DNA of 64,000 nucleotides. Origin: an uncultured Thermoplasmatales archaeon (GTDB taxonomy: Archaea; Thermoplasmatota; E2; UBA202; DSCA01). The translations under genes and the position numbers were made by a program. The DNA is taken from assembly GCA_964514975.1 (NCBI GenBank), contig CAZESS010000006.1:1-64000 (forward strand), given 5' to 3'. The notes under the pieces are model-generated. The model searched no databases and was not told the DNA's origin. It saw only the letters and a list, made by a program, of their open reading frames with translations. Positions 16,647 to 25,673 of the stretch are shown here, piece by piece; the stretch's first letter is position 1, and each line of letters begins with the position of its first letter.

Positions 16647-17024
16647 TTGGTTTACTTCGAAGAAGAAGAGGAAGAAGTAAAACCCAAAAAGCGCAAGCGT
16701 ATTCCCGCTTGGCTTGCGGAAGAACTTGCAGGAGGCGAGAAAAGCTCTTTTGGTGTTGATTGGATAGAGGATCTTAAGCAAAAACAGGTTTGGTCGTGGG
16801 ACTACATAGATATGACTAGGTTGGCCGAGTGGGTATTGCAGAATACCTCTGCTTCTGATAGGATCGTAGAAGGTCTTTTACGTAGGTTTGAGGAAACGGA
16901 GTTGGGTAATAAGCAAGGTGCTCGAGAGCGTAAGCGTATTATCAACGATTTAATAGGTTACTACGACTTTGAAAAAGGCATGAGGAACAAGTCCTTCTCC
17001 CTAGACCAAAAGGATAGGTTTTAA
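16647..17024 (+). CDS. Hypothetical protein
   Basis: TTG start after GAGGA. Confidence 0.55.
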   Translation: MVYFEEEEEEVKPKKRKRIPAWLAEELAGGEKSSFGVDWIEDLKQKQVWSWDYIDMTRLAEWVLQNTSASDRIVEGLLRRFEETELGNKQGARERKRIINDLIGYYDFEKGMRNKSFSLDQKDRF

Positions 17025-17061
17025 GGATGAGTTGGGAAGAATTTGAACGGGGTGATTTGTA

Positions 17062-17478
17062 ATGTCTTGGAAAGATTGGAAAGGGTTCGAACGACTTCCC
17101 AGACCTATACGTCCCGACACGATTGACGAGATGCGTGGGGACATCGACTCCTTAGAAAGACGCGCCGAAGGTTATGCGGGCATCTTGTCGCCGGACAGAC
17201 ATAAGGTTAAGAAAGAGAAGTTTGCATCCACTTCGGAAGCCCGCACTATGAAGGGAAAGCTAAAAGAGGAGATGGAAAAAGCTTTTAGCGACGAGGAGAA
17301 AATAAACGTAATAAATCACTTTATCAATGTATACACAAATCGTGGCTGGAAACGTCCTGCAGCTGAAAGGCGCGTTGCTAGGATGTTGCGAGATATCGGA
17401 TATAACGTCGAATATGAGCGTAAGGACGATCTAGAAGAGGATGATCCAGAAGTGGACGAGTCTGAAGATCTTTATTAG
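17062..17478 (+). CDS. Hypothetical protein
   Basis: GGGGTGA RBS. Confidence 0.6.
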   Translation: MSWKDWKGFERLPRPIRPDTIDEMRGDIDSLERRAEGYAGILSPDRHKVKKEKFASTSEARTMKGKLKEEMEKAFSDEEKINVINHFINVYTNRGWKRPAAERRVARMLRDIGYNVEYERKDDLEEDDPEVDESEDLY

Positions 17479-17492
17479 GGGTAAAGTAACGC

Positions 17493-18692
17493 ATGCTTGG
17501 TTTTAATTGGTTTTCTAAAGGGAAAGAGGAAACTTTGCCTGAAGAGTACGGCCGGCAACGGATGCTTGAGGAAGGCGAAGAGGGTAAACTACTTGCTGAA
17601 GGCGAAGAGGGAAATCTACCCGTAGAGTATCGCGTGCCACAAGAAGAGAGCAGCGAGTTTACGGGCGAGTGGTCTTACATAGGCGAAGAACCTTCGCAAC
17701 AATCCCAACAACAAGGGGACGAGGACCTGTATGGGAATGGTGGAGGAGCGCAGCAACAGGGCAACGGCTCTACTTCCCAGCAACAAGGAGATTCTACGCA
17801 GCAGCAGCAACAAGGCGACTCTTCGCAACAATCCCAACAGCAAGGCGAAAGTCGTAGAGAGGTGGAAGATAGTAAGGAAGTCAAGGAAGCTAAGGAGGCG
17901 TACGAGCGTAAACGCGTAGAAGCTGCTACTGCGATGCAGCAAAAGCAGATAACGGAAAGTAAGGCTAAGGAGCAGGCCTTACGTAAGTCGAAATACGAGC
18001 TGGGCAGGGAACAGCGCAAAGAGGGCGCTCAAGCAATGCAGAAGGTTCTGACGCTTGGGGGCGTGCCTATGTCTCAGTCAGAGAGACGTGAGTTATATTT
18101 CGGTAAGGCTAAGCGCAGTTTGTACGGGCCCACTGCACCGAAAGAACCTTTTAGTAAGAACATGGGTGCAGCGGAGTATTTGAAGCCTTCCACATCTGAA
18201 GAGGTAAAATCCCTTCATCGGCCCAGCTTTTCTAAGCTGAAAGAAGCTGGTCCTAAGCCCGCGAAGCCTTCTCAAGCCCAAAGTGAGTATGCACGACAGT
18301 TGGTACAACCCGGAGGCGAGGGTTTGCGACATAGTCTTAGCTTCGCGGGCTCCCCGCAAGGCCTTAATTACGGTTTTCTTAGGGAGTTTAATACCCCCAA
18401 AGGTTTATCGCAAGGCGAGCAATATGCCTATTCGGAAATACGTGCTAACCATGATAGAGATACTGCCAGACACGTTGTGAGCGAGTTAGGACAGATGGGC
18501 GTACCTAGACGAGACGCTGAACAGGCTTTAAGGGGTCTCTTGCAAAAGGGTCATGTACGTCGAGTGCAGGACTCTCAGGGGGAAGAACCAATCTTTGAGA
18601 TAACGCAAGAGTCTTCTGAACAGTCTCCTATAATGGCTTTAAGTAAAGGTCAAAGTTCGGGCATAGGTTTAGTTGGGGGTCTTCGAGCATGA
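17493..18692 (+). CDS. Low-complexity coiled-coil protein with C-terminal canonical winged helix
   Basis: SQQSQQQG repeats, coiled coil, LRGLLQKGHV...IFEIT. Confidence 0.7.
   Translation: MLGFNWFSKGKEETLPEEYGRQRMLEEGEEGKLLAEGEEGNLPVEYRVPQEESSEFTGEWSYIGEEPSQQSQQQGDEDLYGNGGGAQQQGNGSTSQQQGDSTQQQQQGDSSQQSQQQGESRREVEDSKEVKEAKEAYERKRVEAATAMQQKQITESKAKEQALRKSKYELGREQRKEGAQAMQKVLTLGGVPMSQSERRELYFGKAKRSLYGPTAPKEPFSKNMGAAEYLKPSTSEEVKSLHRPSFSKLKEAGPKPAKPSQAQSEYARQLVQPGGEGLRHSLSFAGSPQGLNYGFLREFNTPKGLSQGEQYAYSEIRANHDRDTARHVVSELGQMGVPRRDAEQALRGLLQKGHVRRVQDSQGEEPIFEITQESSEQSPIMALSKGQSSGIGLVGGLRA
17571..17839 (+). repeat. Intragenic direct repeats
   Basis: GAAGGCGAAGAGGG twice (17571, 17598); CTTCGCAACAATCCCAACA twice (17692, 17821). 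Confidence 0.8.
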
Positions 18693-18964
18693 CGATATCT
18701 AAAGATTGGGAACCGTTCTTTTCTGAAGAGGAGCTACAACAGCTACCTACTAACAAGGAATACGACCTAATTCGCGATGCGGCAATGCAGCGGTATGTAG
18801 TTGGAGATTATGGGGATTGGATTTCTGAAAGAATGGAAAAAGGGTGGAGCAGGCCGCAATGCGAAAGGTTCTTGCAAAAACATGAGAAACGTATAGAACG
18901 AGCTTTTAAGCAGTTGGGGCCTTCTATTGATGAAATGTTTGATAATTGGAGTGCGAAGCAATGA
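18689..18964 (+). CDS. Hypothetical protein
   Basis: ATGA coupling. Confidence 0.6.
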   Translation: MTISKDWEPFFSEEELQQLPTNKEYDLIRDAAMQRYVVGDYGDWISERMEKGWSRPQCERFLQKHEKRIERAFKQLGPSIDEMFDNWSAKQ

Positions 18965-19320
18965 GTGAAGGAACAACTGATGCTTTATTAGGTATATTGC
19001 CTGTAGCAATTGCCGGTGGCCTGGCGTACAAAATGACAGACATGATGATGTCGCGTCCCAACTATCAAAACATTAGTGGTAGTCGAAACTATTGGTTAGA
19101 TGGTCCTCAAACGTCTACGGAAGAGCAGAAAGTGGACGGAGCTGTCTTAGATGTTATAGCGCAGTTTGACCACGCTCCCACTGTAGTACAAGTACGTAAG
19201 AAGTTGGGAAAGACGCTTACAAAAAAGCTTGCTAAACACGGCGGCCTAAAAAAGTCCCTAGGTCGAATGCAGGATTTAGGTACTATTTACTTTGAAGGGA
19301 ATCACATCTACTTTGATTAG
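18961..19320 (+). CDS. N-terminal hydrophobic anchor plus winged-helix-like domain
   Basis: LLGILPVAIAGGLA; LKKSLGRMQDLGTIYFEGNHIY. Confidence 0.6.
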   Translation: MSEGTTDALLGILPVAIAGGLAYKMTDMMMSRPNYQNISGSRNYWLDGPQTSTEEQKVDGAVLDVIAQFDHAPTVVQVRKKLGKTLTKKLAKHGGLKKSLGRMQDLGTIYFEGNHIYFD

Positions 19321-19336
19321 GAGAAAGGACTAAAAA

Positions 19337-19477
19337 ATGACGAAACGCCCCGAGGAAGCCAAGCTTAACCCTAACCCGAAATTCAACTTTCCCAAAACTA
19401 AGTTTGACGGCAAATACTACAAGAAAAGGATTCGGGAGCTCAAGAAAAAGCTTCCTTCCAACGGTTTTGGAGGTTAG
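19337..19477 (+). CDS. Small basic protein, 46 aa (not in ORF track)
   Basis: AAGGA RBS; KFDGKYYKKRIRE. Confidence 0.55.
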   Translation: MTKRPEEAKLNPNPKFNFPKTKFDGKYYKKRIRELKKKLPSNGFGG

Positions 19478-19480
19478 TAT

Positions 19481-19654
19481 ATGATTACCCACGAGGATAT
19501 AGAATTTTACCGCGGTACGGATGAGGGCATGTTTGATAATGTCAGTATAGCTAGTTTTAACAGCTACGAGCAAGCTATGGGCTTCGCTGACCTTGCAAAA
19601 GTGGACACTCGATGGATAGGTCGTAAGCTTATTGTAGTGTGGTGGTGGTCTTAG
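19481..19654 (+). CDS. Small hypothetical protein, 57 aa (not in ORF track)
   Basis: GGAGG RBS; fills gap. Confidence 0.55.
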   Translation: MITHEDIEFYRGTDEGMFDNVSIASFNSYEQAMGFADLAKVDTRWIGRKLIVVWWWS

Positions 19655-19657
19655 TTT

Positions 19658-19936
19658 ATGGATGAGTACCCTTTCGAAAAAACGGACTTACAGCTGTTCA
19701 ATGGAAAAAGGATAGCTGGTAGCATAGGAAACAACTGGGGCGCGAGGTTCAATGATTGGGCAGATGCTTCGGGTTTTATTGAGATGCTGATAGCTCATGG
19801 ATATTATGTAATGATGGAGCAACCTCGTGGAAGCTACTTTAACGTTTGGTTCAAAGAACGAGAAGGTCTGCCCATGGAAGAATACCGACGGCGTAAGGCA
19901 GACGAGGACAAAGAATTTTTGAGGGGCAACGACTGA
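19658..19936 (+). CDS. Hypothetical protein
   Basis: Operonic ORF. Confidence 0.55.
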   Translation: MDEYPFEKTDLQLFNGKRIAGSIGNNWGARFNDWADASGFIEMLIAHGYYVMMEQPRGSYFNVWFKEREGLPMEEYRRRKADEDKEFLRGND

Positions 19937-20226
19937 TGGGAGTGAAAACGAGTACATTTGTAAGAAGGTTCAAGGAGAGGTTTCCCGATATAGAAGGAGT
20001 TAGAGTTGCTTCAGATTTCGGCGACGGCGATGGCGTAGTACTTTTGGGTAACGCAGCTGAAGGCGGAGTAATTGATGGCTTGCCTGGAGCAGAGTATTAC
20101 CCGGATCCTGAGATTTTTGGCACGTACTATCCTTGGATAAATCCTAAGTTGGAAAGGTTTTTACGGTTTTTGGGATACAGAGTAGAGTGGTACGATCCTG
20201 GAACATTGCTAGCAGTTGAGGAATGA
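19936..20226 (+). CDS. Hypothetical protein
   Basis: TGATG coupling; EWYDPGT motif. Confidence 0.6.
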   Translation: MGVKTSTFVRRFKERFPDIEGVRVASDFGDGDGVVLLGNAAEGGVIDGLPGAEYYPDPEIFGTYYPWINPKLERFLRFLGYRVEWYDPGTLLAVEE

Positions 20227-20227
20227 G

Positions 20228-20866
20228 ATGAAGTCGTATCGGGTAGATATTGAACACTTAGACGACGATTCGTCTTCCTTGATGTCTTACTTATACAATA
20301 CTCCCGGAGAGTTGTGGCTTGGTTTTCCCGATGGAGCAATAAGACATACCTTTGCTTTTTCTAGTAGAAGCGCTCGTGAGGCTTTTTTAGAGGATGTGAA
20401 GGACTTTCCTGAAATCCTTAATTTGCGTACTTACGAAGCGGAAGTTTCTGACGGTGTTGAAGACGTTTTTCCGATGGAGGTTAAGTCAGAAGATCACCCA
20501 AAAGTGTTATACCACGTTACACCATATCGCAACTTAAAACGCATTTTACGTGAGGGCCTAGTAGTAGGCAAGGGTAAAGCGGTTTTAGGGGCAGGTTGTA
20601 CAGATCCTTATAGGGGTAAGCGTACGTACTTTACTAAGACTCTCTCGGATGCCTATGTAATGGCTGAGGATATATGCGAGGTAATTAGTCCCTATGATGA
20701 GGATACGGGCCGCGTTGTAGTTATATTGAAAGTGGTGTTACCTAAGGGTGTGGAAGTTTATGAAGATTGGCCTTGCATAGATATGGTACCAGCAGTATAT
20801 GTAAAAGGAAGAATACCTGCAAAAAATATACAGCTTGTTGAGGAGTACGATCCCGGGATTCATTAG
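20228..20866 (+). CDS. ADP-ribosyltransferase-fold protein (Tpt1/DarT-like C-terminal domain)
   Basis: LYHVTPYRNLKRILREGL...YFT...VILKV...IPAKNI. Confidence 0.65.
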   Translation: MKSYRVDIEHLDDDSSSLMSYLYNTPGELWLGFPDGAIRHTFAFSSRSAREAFLEDVKDFPEILNLRTYEAEVSDGVEDVFPMEVKSEDHPKVLYHVTPYRNLKRILREGLVVGKGKAVLGAGCTDPYRGKRTYFTKTLSDAYVMAEDICEVISPYDEDTGRVVVILKVVLPKGVEVYEDWPCIDMVPAVYVKGRIPAKNIQLVEEYDPGIH

Positions 20867-20881
20867 GAATAGGAGTATAAG

Positions 20882-21217
20882 ATGGGCAGAGCTTGGTACG
20901 AAGTAAGAGTACGCGAAAAGGTTGGTCCAGAAAAGTGGGTGAAGAAAAGTAAGTTTTTCTACGCGCGTGGGCCTTCCGATGCGGCTTCCAAGTACAAAGG
21001 TAAGGGTATGGTTATGCACTCTACTAAAGTTGATCGTACCAAGGTTTTAGGTGTTGCAAGTTTCTTTCGTTTGGGAGACGACTTATTACGCGAACTAAAA
21101 AATGGAGGAGGTGGTTTAGATGCACAGCCAGTAAGTACGCCAGCACCCAAGCAAAAAAGAAGAATTAGGAGGTTACATGAGCAACGGCAGAAAGAAGCCC
21201 CCGATGGGCTTGAATGA
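20882..21217 (+). CDS. Basic hypothetical protein
   Basis: AGGAG RBS. Confidence 0.6.
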   Translation: MGRAWYEVRVREKVGPEKWVKKSKFFYARGPSDAASKYKGKGMVMHSTKVDRTKVLGVASFFRLGDDLLRELKNGGGGLDAQPVSTPAPKQKRRIRRLHEQRQKEAPDGLE

Positions 21218-22103
21218 CGGAGAAGAAGAACCCCAGGATCAAAGTGGTGAATTAGGTTATGCCGGTAGTGCGCCGCCACGCAGGCCGTCAGGACCCGCAC
21301 CTAAGGGCGGTAGTAGTTTGTTACCTGCAGCTTTCGGAGCTTTTATAGCTTTTGGTTTAGCTGCTGCCATGATCCTAACTTACACAGCTCCTAAAGGAGA
21401 CATTGTACAGTTTTACGGAGAGTTCGAGGACCTACGCAAGCAAGTAACCGAAGAAGTTATGCCGCAAACGGAAGCCGCTGAGAATTTGTCCGAGCAAGTA
21501 GATACAGCTGTAGCAGAGGCGGCTAGCGCTAAAAACGCTTTAGAGGGTTACGTTAAAAAGGGTGAGATACCTACTGATGGTCTCGCCACGCAAAGTCAGC
21601 TCGACAACTCTGTGGAAGCTTTGCAAGCGCGTATAGATGCTTTGGAGTTGCTTATAGAGGAAGAGGAGCAAAACGAAGAAGAAGGTAGCGGCGTTTTCGG
21701 AGGGGCTACTAGGTGGTCTATTGATTTTGTTTCGGATCCCGAGCTTCCCGGCAACGTGTATCTTCGTATCGATTCCGATAGGATCGAGGAGTCCGGCATC
21801 TACGATTTGGAACTTACAGTAGAGAACCATAGTGATACCGATCCTTTCGAGTTGGACTCGTTTTTCGAGTTGTACTTCCTTCCTAGAGACTACGTGCAGG
21901 TTGACGAGTACGAGACTTACCTAGACTCAGACCGGGCGCCTTTTATAGGATGGCGTTCAGACTTTGAAACGCGGTTGAGAGATGGTGTAGATGTGACTCG
22001 TCGTATTGAGTTCCGTAGCGAAGATAAGTTTACAGATACCATCGAACCCAACGGAAGAGTCTTCTACGACCTAGTGTTCGAGCTTTCCTACCTAAACGAA
22101 TAA
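21177..22103 (+). CDS. Single-TM protein with coiled-coil stalk and C-terminal beta domain
   Basis: TM AAFGAFIAFGLAAAMIL; heptads LQARIDALELL; 2 sequons. Confidence 0.7.
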   Translation: MSNGRKKPPMGLNDGEEEPQDQSGELGYAGSAPPRRPSGPAPKGGSSLLPAAFGAFIAFGLAAAMILTYTAPKGDIVQFYGEFEDLRKQVTEEVMPQTEAAENLSEQVDTAVAEAASAKNALEGYVKKGEIPTDGLATQSQLDNSVEALQARIDALELLIEEEEQNEEEGSGVFGGATRWSIDFVSDPELPGNVYLRIDSDRIEESGIYDLELTVENHSDTDPFELDSFFELYFLPRDYVQVDEYETYLDSDRAPFIGWRSDFETRLRDGVDVTRRIEFRSEDKFTDTIEPNGRVFYDLVFELSYLNE

Positions 22104-22120
22104 AGAGAGGTAAAAGACCT

Positions 22121-22357
22121 ATGGCCGATTTCCATCATACCATTATATCGTACGAGGACGCTCAAAAGATCTTGCCAGTGTTTAAGTGGTATGCCACTGA
22201 AGGACATTGGAGAGACTTAAGAGACGACGCTCGTCGTATTGCTAAGGAGTTAGAGGATGTGCGTCCTATCCGCTATGATTTGGGTGGTAAGCAGATCATA
22301 CTAAGTGAGAAGCAGATAAAGTTTCTTGAGGACGTTCGCGCGGAGATAGGTAAATAG
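22121..22357 (+). CDS. Hypothetical protein, last gene of + arm
   Basis: GAGG RBS; 3' end overlaps convergent PolB by 62 nt. Confidence 0.55.
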   Translation: MADFHHTIISYEDAQKILPVFKWYATEGHWRDLRDDARRIAKELEDVRPIRYDLGGKQIILSEKQIKFLEDVRAEIGK

Positions 22358-23984
22358 GTCTAGTATCCTCCCCCTCTTCTATACGGTTCGGACTGAAGTT
22401 GCTCACAAGAACCCTTCGCTCCTCGAGCCACTTCAGTTCGGACCCTTCTAGTAACTTTCTGTAGTCCGGAAGCTCTCCCGCAAGGAACTCTACTTTACCC
22501 CCGTTCAGCAAGTTTTTGAAGTCTGCTTCGGTTAAAGTAAGGTCACTGTAGCCAGCGCTCCTTTGTAGTAACCTTCCCTTGCTAATAAGTCCGTATAGCT
22601 TTTGTCTTACGAAGTACCCTCTCTCAGCTTTGTTTATTAAAACCAACTCTCCAGGACTTTTCCCTGTAGGCAGTCGTGTTGTAGTAAAGATAGAGTCTGT
22701 ATCTCCATAGAATATGTCTCCGCTTTCCCTTGCTTGTAGTAGCCATTGCAAATGTCTTATTCTAGCTTCCGCTCTAATGCGCATTGCTATAGCGGGCTTG
22801 ATGTAAGGGGACCTGCCTCTTACGTATTGTAAGGCTTGAAAGTATGTTTCGGTTTTATCTAACGGCATATGTCCTTTGAAGTCTTTAATCGCCGATACAT
22901 GTTTTACAGATTGCCTCCAACGACTTTGTCCAAACTTCCCACTAACAGATACTCCAAACAATTTCCAAAAGTGTGACAAGGCCGTCCTGCCTCTTAGCCC
23001 CGCGACAAACCTTCCAAACTCAGCTAGAATAGGCTCCTCGTCTGCTATTAACTGCCTGCGGATAGTGACATCCACGCCTAACGAAGCTGCAAACCTTAAT
23101 TCTCGGGTGTCCCACCAGCCCGTGAACTCTCCTACAGGAAAGATTAAACGGCGATTGCGTCTTACTGGCAAAGGTCCTACGTAAAAGTCTTGCGGCACCT
23201 TCACGCTTGCTTCAGCTAAGGAGCCCGCTTCCAGGTTTGGTTTAGTCCACACTAACTTACCTACAGGTACTGGTACATCGTAGCAAGAGATGTACATATC
23301 TTTAACGTCATATACGTTAATGTTCTCTCCCCTGCGTTTATAGATTTCATTTCTAGCACCATATATCGCTTCCCTGATTTGCTCTTCTACGCCCTCGTTA
23401 CTTTCTACATCGTTGAGGTTAAAAAAACATTTGCTGAGGGTTTTTGCAGCAGTGGTTGCTAAAGTAATGGAAGGCGTAACACCAAAAGTAGAACCTATCT
23501 CTTCGCAAAGCCTTGACATTGCGTTTGAAAGCGACAAGCAGTCGGTTTTTTGGTAAGCTCGAAAAGTTGTAAGCTTATCCCCCATCTCCCAGGGACTTAA
23601 GTTTTGAGAATGATCCCATTCCTTCTTAGGTTCTACTCCCAGCATCTCGTTGAGGCGTGACAGGCTCATGGGGGCAAGTAGGTAAGAGTCTTCAAAAGTG
23701 ATGTTGGGTTCTATCCACTTCAACTTTCCCATGCCTGCTAGTAGTTCTACCTTTTCGTCGTGGTCGCACAAGGCTTTAAGCACAAACTTGTGATCGTATT
23801 TGGAGCCACAATGCGCGAAAAGTTTAATGCCCCCGTATTGGCGTAGGAACTGTAAGAATCTCCATACTACATCGTCCCATTGATCTTGCTTTAGGAACTC
23901 GTGGTAGCTCTCACCATCAAAGAAGCCTACACTGATAGGAGTGCTCCATCCTATCGCTTCTATGTCCCAGGTAGGTACTGCCAT
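22296..23984 (-). CDS. polB: Family B DNA polymerase (pPolB-like), divergent motifs A/B
   Basis: ExoI WDIE, ExoII AH..SKYD, ExoIII YQKTD, YDVKDMY, KLFGVSVSGKFGQ, YGDTDS, KLY. Confidence 0.85.
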   Translation of the reverse strand: MAVPTWDIEAIGWSTPISVGFFDGESYHEFLKQDQWDDVVWRFLQFLRQYGGIKLFAHCGSKYDHKFVLKALCDHDEKVELLAGMGKLKWIEPNITFEDSYLLAPMSLSRLNEMLGVEPKKEWDHSQNLSPWEMGDKLTTFRAYQKTDCLSLSNAMSRLCEEIGSTFGVTPSITLATTAAKTLSKCFFNLNDVESNEGVEEQIREAIYGARNEIYKRRGENINVYDVKDMYISCYDVPVPVGKLVWTKPNLEAGSLAEASVKVPQDFYVGPLPVRRNRRLIFPVGEFTGWWDTRELRFAASLGVDVTIRRQLIADEEPILAEFGRFVAGLRGRTALSHFWKLFGVSVSGKFGQSRWRQSVKHVSAIKDFKGHMPLDKTETYFQALQYVRGRSPYIKPAIAMRIRAEARIRHLQWLLQARESGDIFYGDTDSIFTTTRLPTGKSPGELVLINKAERGYFVRQKLYGLISKGRLLQRSAGYSDLTLTEADFKNLLNGGKVEFLAGELPDYRKLLEGSELKWLEERRVLVSNFSPNRIEEGEDTRPIYLSPRERPQETLSASHLV

Positions 23985-24415
23985 TATTGGTAGACCACCA
24001 CGAACTTGTCGTCAAGCTGCTTGCTTAAAATGGGTTCTACTTGTTCCCATTTCAATCCACCTGCACCGCAACCGGGTCTTACCATATACTGTTCTTGTAT
24101 CCCCGCCTGCTCGCGTAGCCTATACAGCCAATCGCAACTTTTTTCGATGAGTTGCAAATCCGCGCGTTCCCACCAATCACGTTTTACGGGAAAGGTTACA
24201 AGTTTGATGTTTGAAAAAGCTTGAGGGCGGTTGCCCGTTTCTCTAAGCCTCGCTGCAAGATGTTTTGGCAGCCACGGGTAGCGTTGTCTAGCTTGTAAGG
24301 CTACTCCCTTGCCTAAAACCGCTCGACCGAAAGAGGTGACGGTACCGTTTGTAGTAATTGCTATCCACTTACCTTGGTCGTGAAAGTCCCAAATATTTCC
24401 TTGTTTTTGTAACAT
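23984..24415 (-). CDS. Macrodomain protein (ADP-ribose binding/hydrolase, DarG/TARG1-like)
   Basis: GNIWD..IAITTN..LGKGVALQ..RYP, TFPVK..W, PGCGAGGL.W. Confidence 0.85.
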   Translation of the reverse strand: MLQKQGNIWDFHDQGKWIAITTNGTVTSFGRAVLGKGVALQARQRYPWLPKHLAARLRETGNRPQAFSNIKLVTFPVKRDWWERADLQLIEKSCDWLYRLREQAGIQEQYMVRPGCGAGGLKWEQVEPILSKQLDDKFVVVYQ

Positions 24416-24418
24416 GTT

Positions 24419-24916
24419 CTAACCTCTTGGTTTGGGTTGACGAATGCTTATAGTAAGCTTCGATACCCTGTATGGCGTTTGTTTACTTACTCTATCTCCA
24501 TATCTTCTAGCTATGTCAAGAATGTCGTCTACTTTTTGATATAAGAAGACGTTTTGAGGAACTTCATATCCAGGCCCGTAGATCATGATATCCGGTTCAT
24601 CATGCATATGGGCGGAGAAGGTTACCTCGTCTGGAAGGTCTCTTCCCTTTTTAAGTTTCCCTAATCTAACGTCTAGCTTGGCAAACTTCCATCTGTACTC
24701 GTTGTACCTCATAGCTTCTTGATAAGCCAATAAGAGGATTATGTCTGAGTACTTTTGAAAGTTTGCAGGAGTCATTCTTTTTAATGGGTAGATGATATCT
24801 ATGCCTTCTGCCCATCTCAACGGAGCTTCCACCTGTTTAGGTGTACCCGCGAAACCCATGTTTATTAGTTCACGCCCTGCGGAAGGGTATTTCCCGTGAT
24901 ACGGTTTTTTCTCCAA
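24419..24916 (-). CDS. Hypothetical protein
   Basis: TTG start after AGAGG. Confidence 0.6.
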   Translation of the reverse strand: MEKKPYHGKYPSAGRELINMGFAGTPKQVEAPLRWAEGIDIIYPLKRMTPANFQKYSDIILLLAYQEAMRYNEYRWKFAKLDVRLGKLKKGRDLPDEVTFSAHMHDEPDIMIYGPGYEVPQNVFLYQKVDDILDIARRYGDRVSKQTPYRVSKLTISIRQPKPRG

Positions 24917-25096
24917 TGCTATCTTACCTCTTTTGCCAAATCATCTATATACTACCTACATCTGTTATGAATTGCTATTGTAGAATCGCCTAAACTAGCT
25001 CAAATCTGCGCAAATTAAGTTGTTTTTAATTTATCAACATATCTATCGAGCTCTAGTAAAACAGGCGCTTAAATCAGCTATTTTGCGCTTATAAGT

Positions 25097-25480
25097 TTAT
25101 ACTATCATACCCTGTTGATACAAGAGTTGCTGTATTTGCGGAGGTTTCCATCCCGCGGGTTTTAGAGACTTACCGTATTGGTCCTTGCCCCCACCAACCT
25201 TTTCCATGTTGCTTCGATGTACCTCGTCCCACACAGGTCTTATGTCTATACCATAAGATATGGCGGTGCCTAATGCGACTACAATGAGGTCAGCGATGCC
25301 ATCGGCTAGCTCTGTTAAGTCATCTTTTAGCATAGCCTCTATGACTTCGTTGAACTCTTCTTGCAACAACCTTATACGTAGTCTTCTGGTGTCACGATCA
25401 GGTGTGTGCGGTTTTTCTCCTACGACGTGATCGAATTGTTTGTGAAAGTCTACTATGTCCTGATACCAGTCTTTACTCAT
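25097..25480 (-). CDS. MazG-like NTP pyrophosphohydrolase (DR2231/dUTPase-like)
   Basis: LLQEEFNE...ELADGIADL...EVHRSNMEK...KPAGW. Confidence 0.85.
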   Translation of the reverse strand: MSKDWYQDIVDFHKQFDHVVGEKPHTPDRDTRRLRIRLLQEEFNEVIEAMLKDDLTELADGIADLIVVALGTAISYGIDIRPVWDEVHRSNMEKVGGGKDQYGKSLKPAGWKPPQIQQLLYQQGMIV

Positions 25481-25659
25481 TTCTTGCCTACCTCATTTAG
25501 CTTTCGTTTTAGCTCTTCGAGCGTCACTTCCTCAACGTCGGAAGTGGCGACTATAGCTATGTTGCAGTCTAGACATAACTTGATAGTGAACCTGCCCGTG
25601 ACTGACGTGGAGTAGTCAAATGTAAGGGTGTTTAGATGTTTACACTTTCTTTTCGTCAC
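25477..25659 (-). CDS. Small zinc-binding protein
   Basis: CKH...CLDC; GTG start after GGGGGA. Confidence 0.5.
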   Translation of the reverse strand: MTKRKCKHLNTLTFDYSTSVTGRFTIKLCLDCNIAIVATSDVEEVTLEELKRKLNEVGKK

Positions 25660-25673
25660 TCTTCCCCCTTTTT

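Noticed and set aside
16398-17024. Possible TAG readthrough at zero-gap in-frame junctions (also 42226/42227 and 53668/53669)
   Set aside because: Downstream genes have their own SD and start, no suppressor tRNA is seen, and conserved genes are not interrupted by stops.
17027-17062. 11-codon ORF MSWEEFERGDL resembling the start of the next gene
   Set aside because: Too short to distinguish from chance or a duplication remnant.
24945-24986. Sixth promoter-box copy CTATATACTA on the + strand
   Set aside because: Nearest -10-like TAGAAT is 26 nt away rather than 23-24, and the orientation is antisense; not counted.
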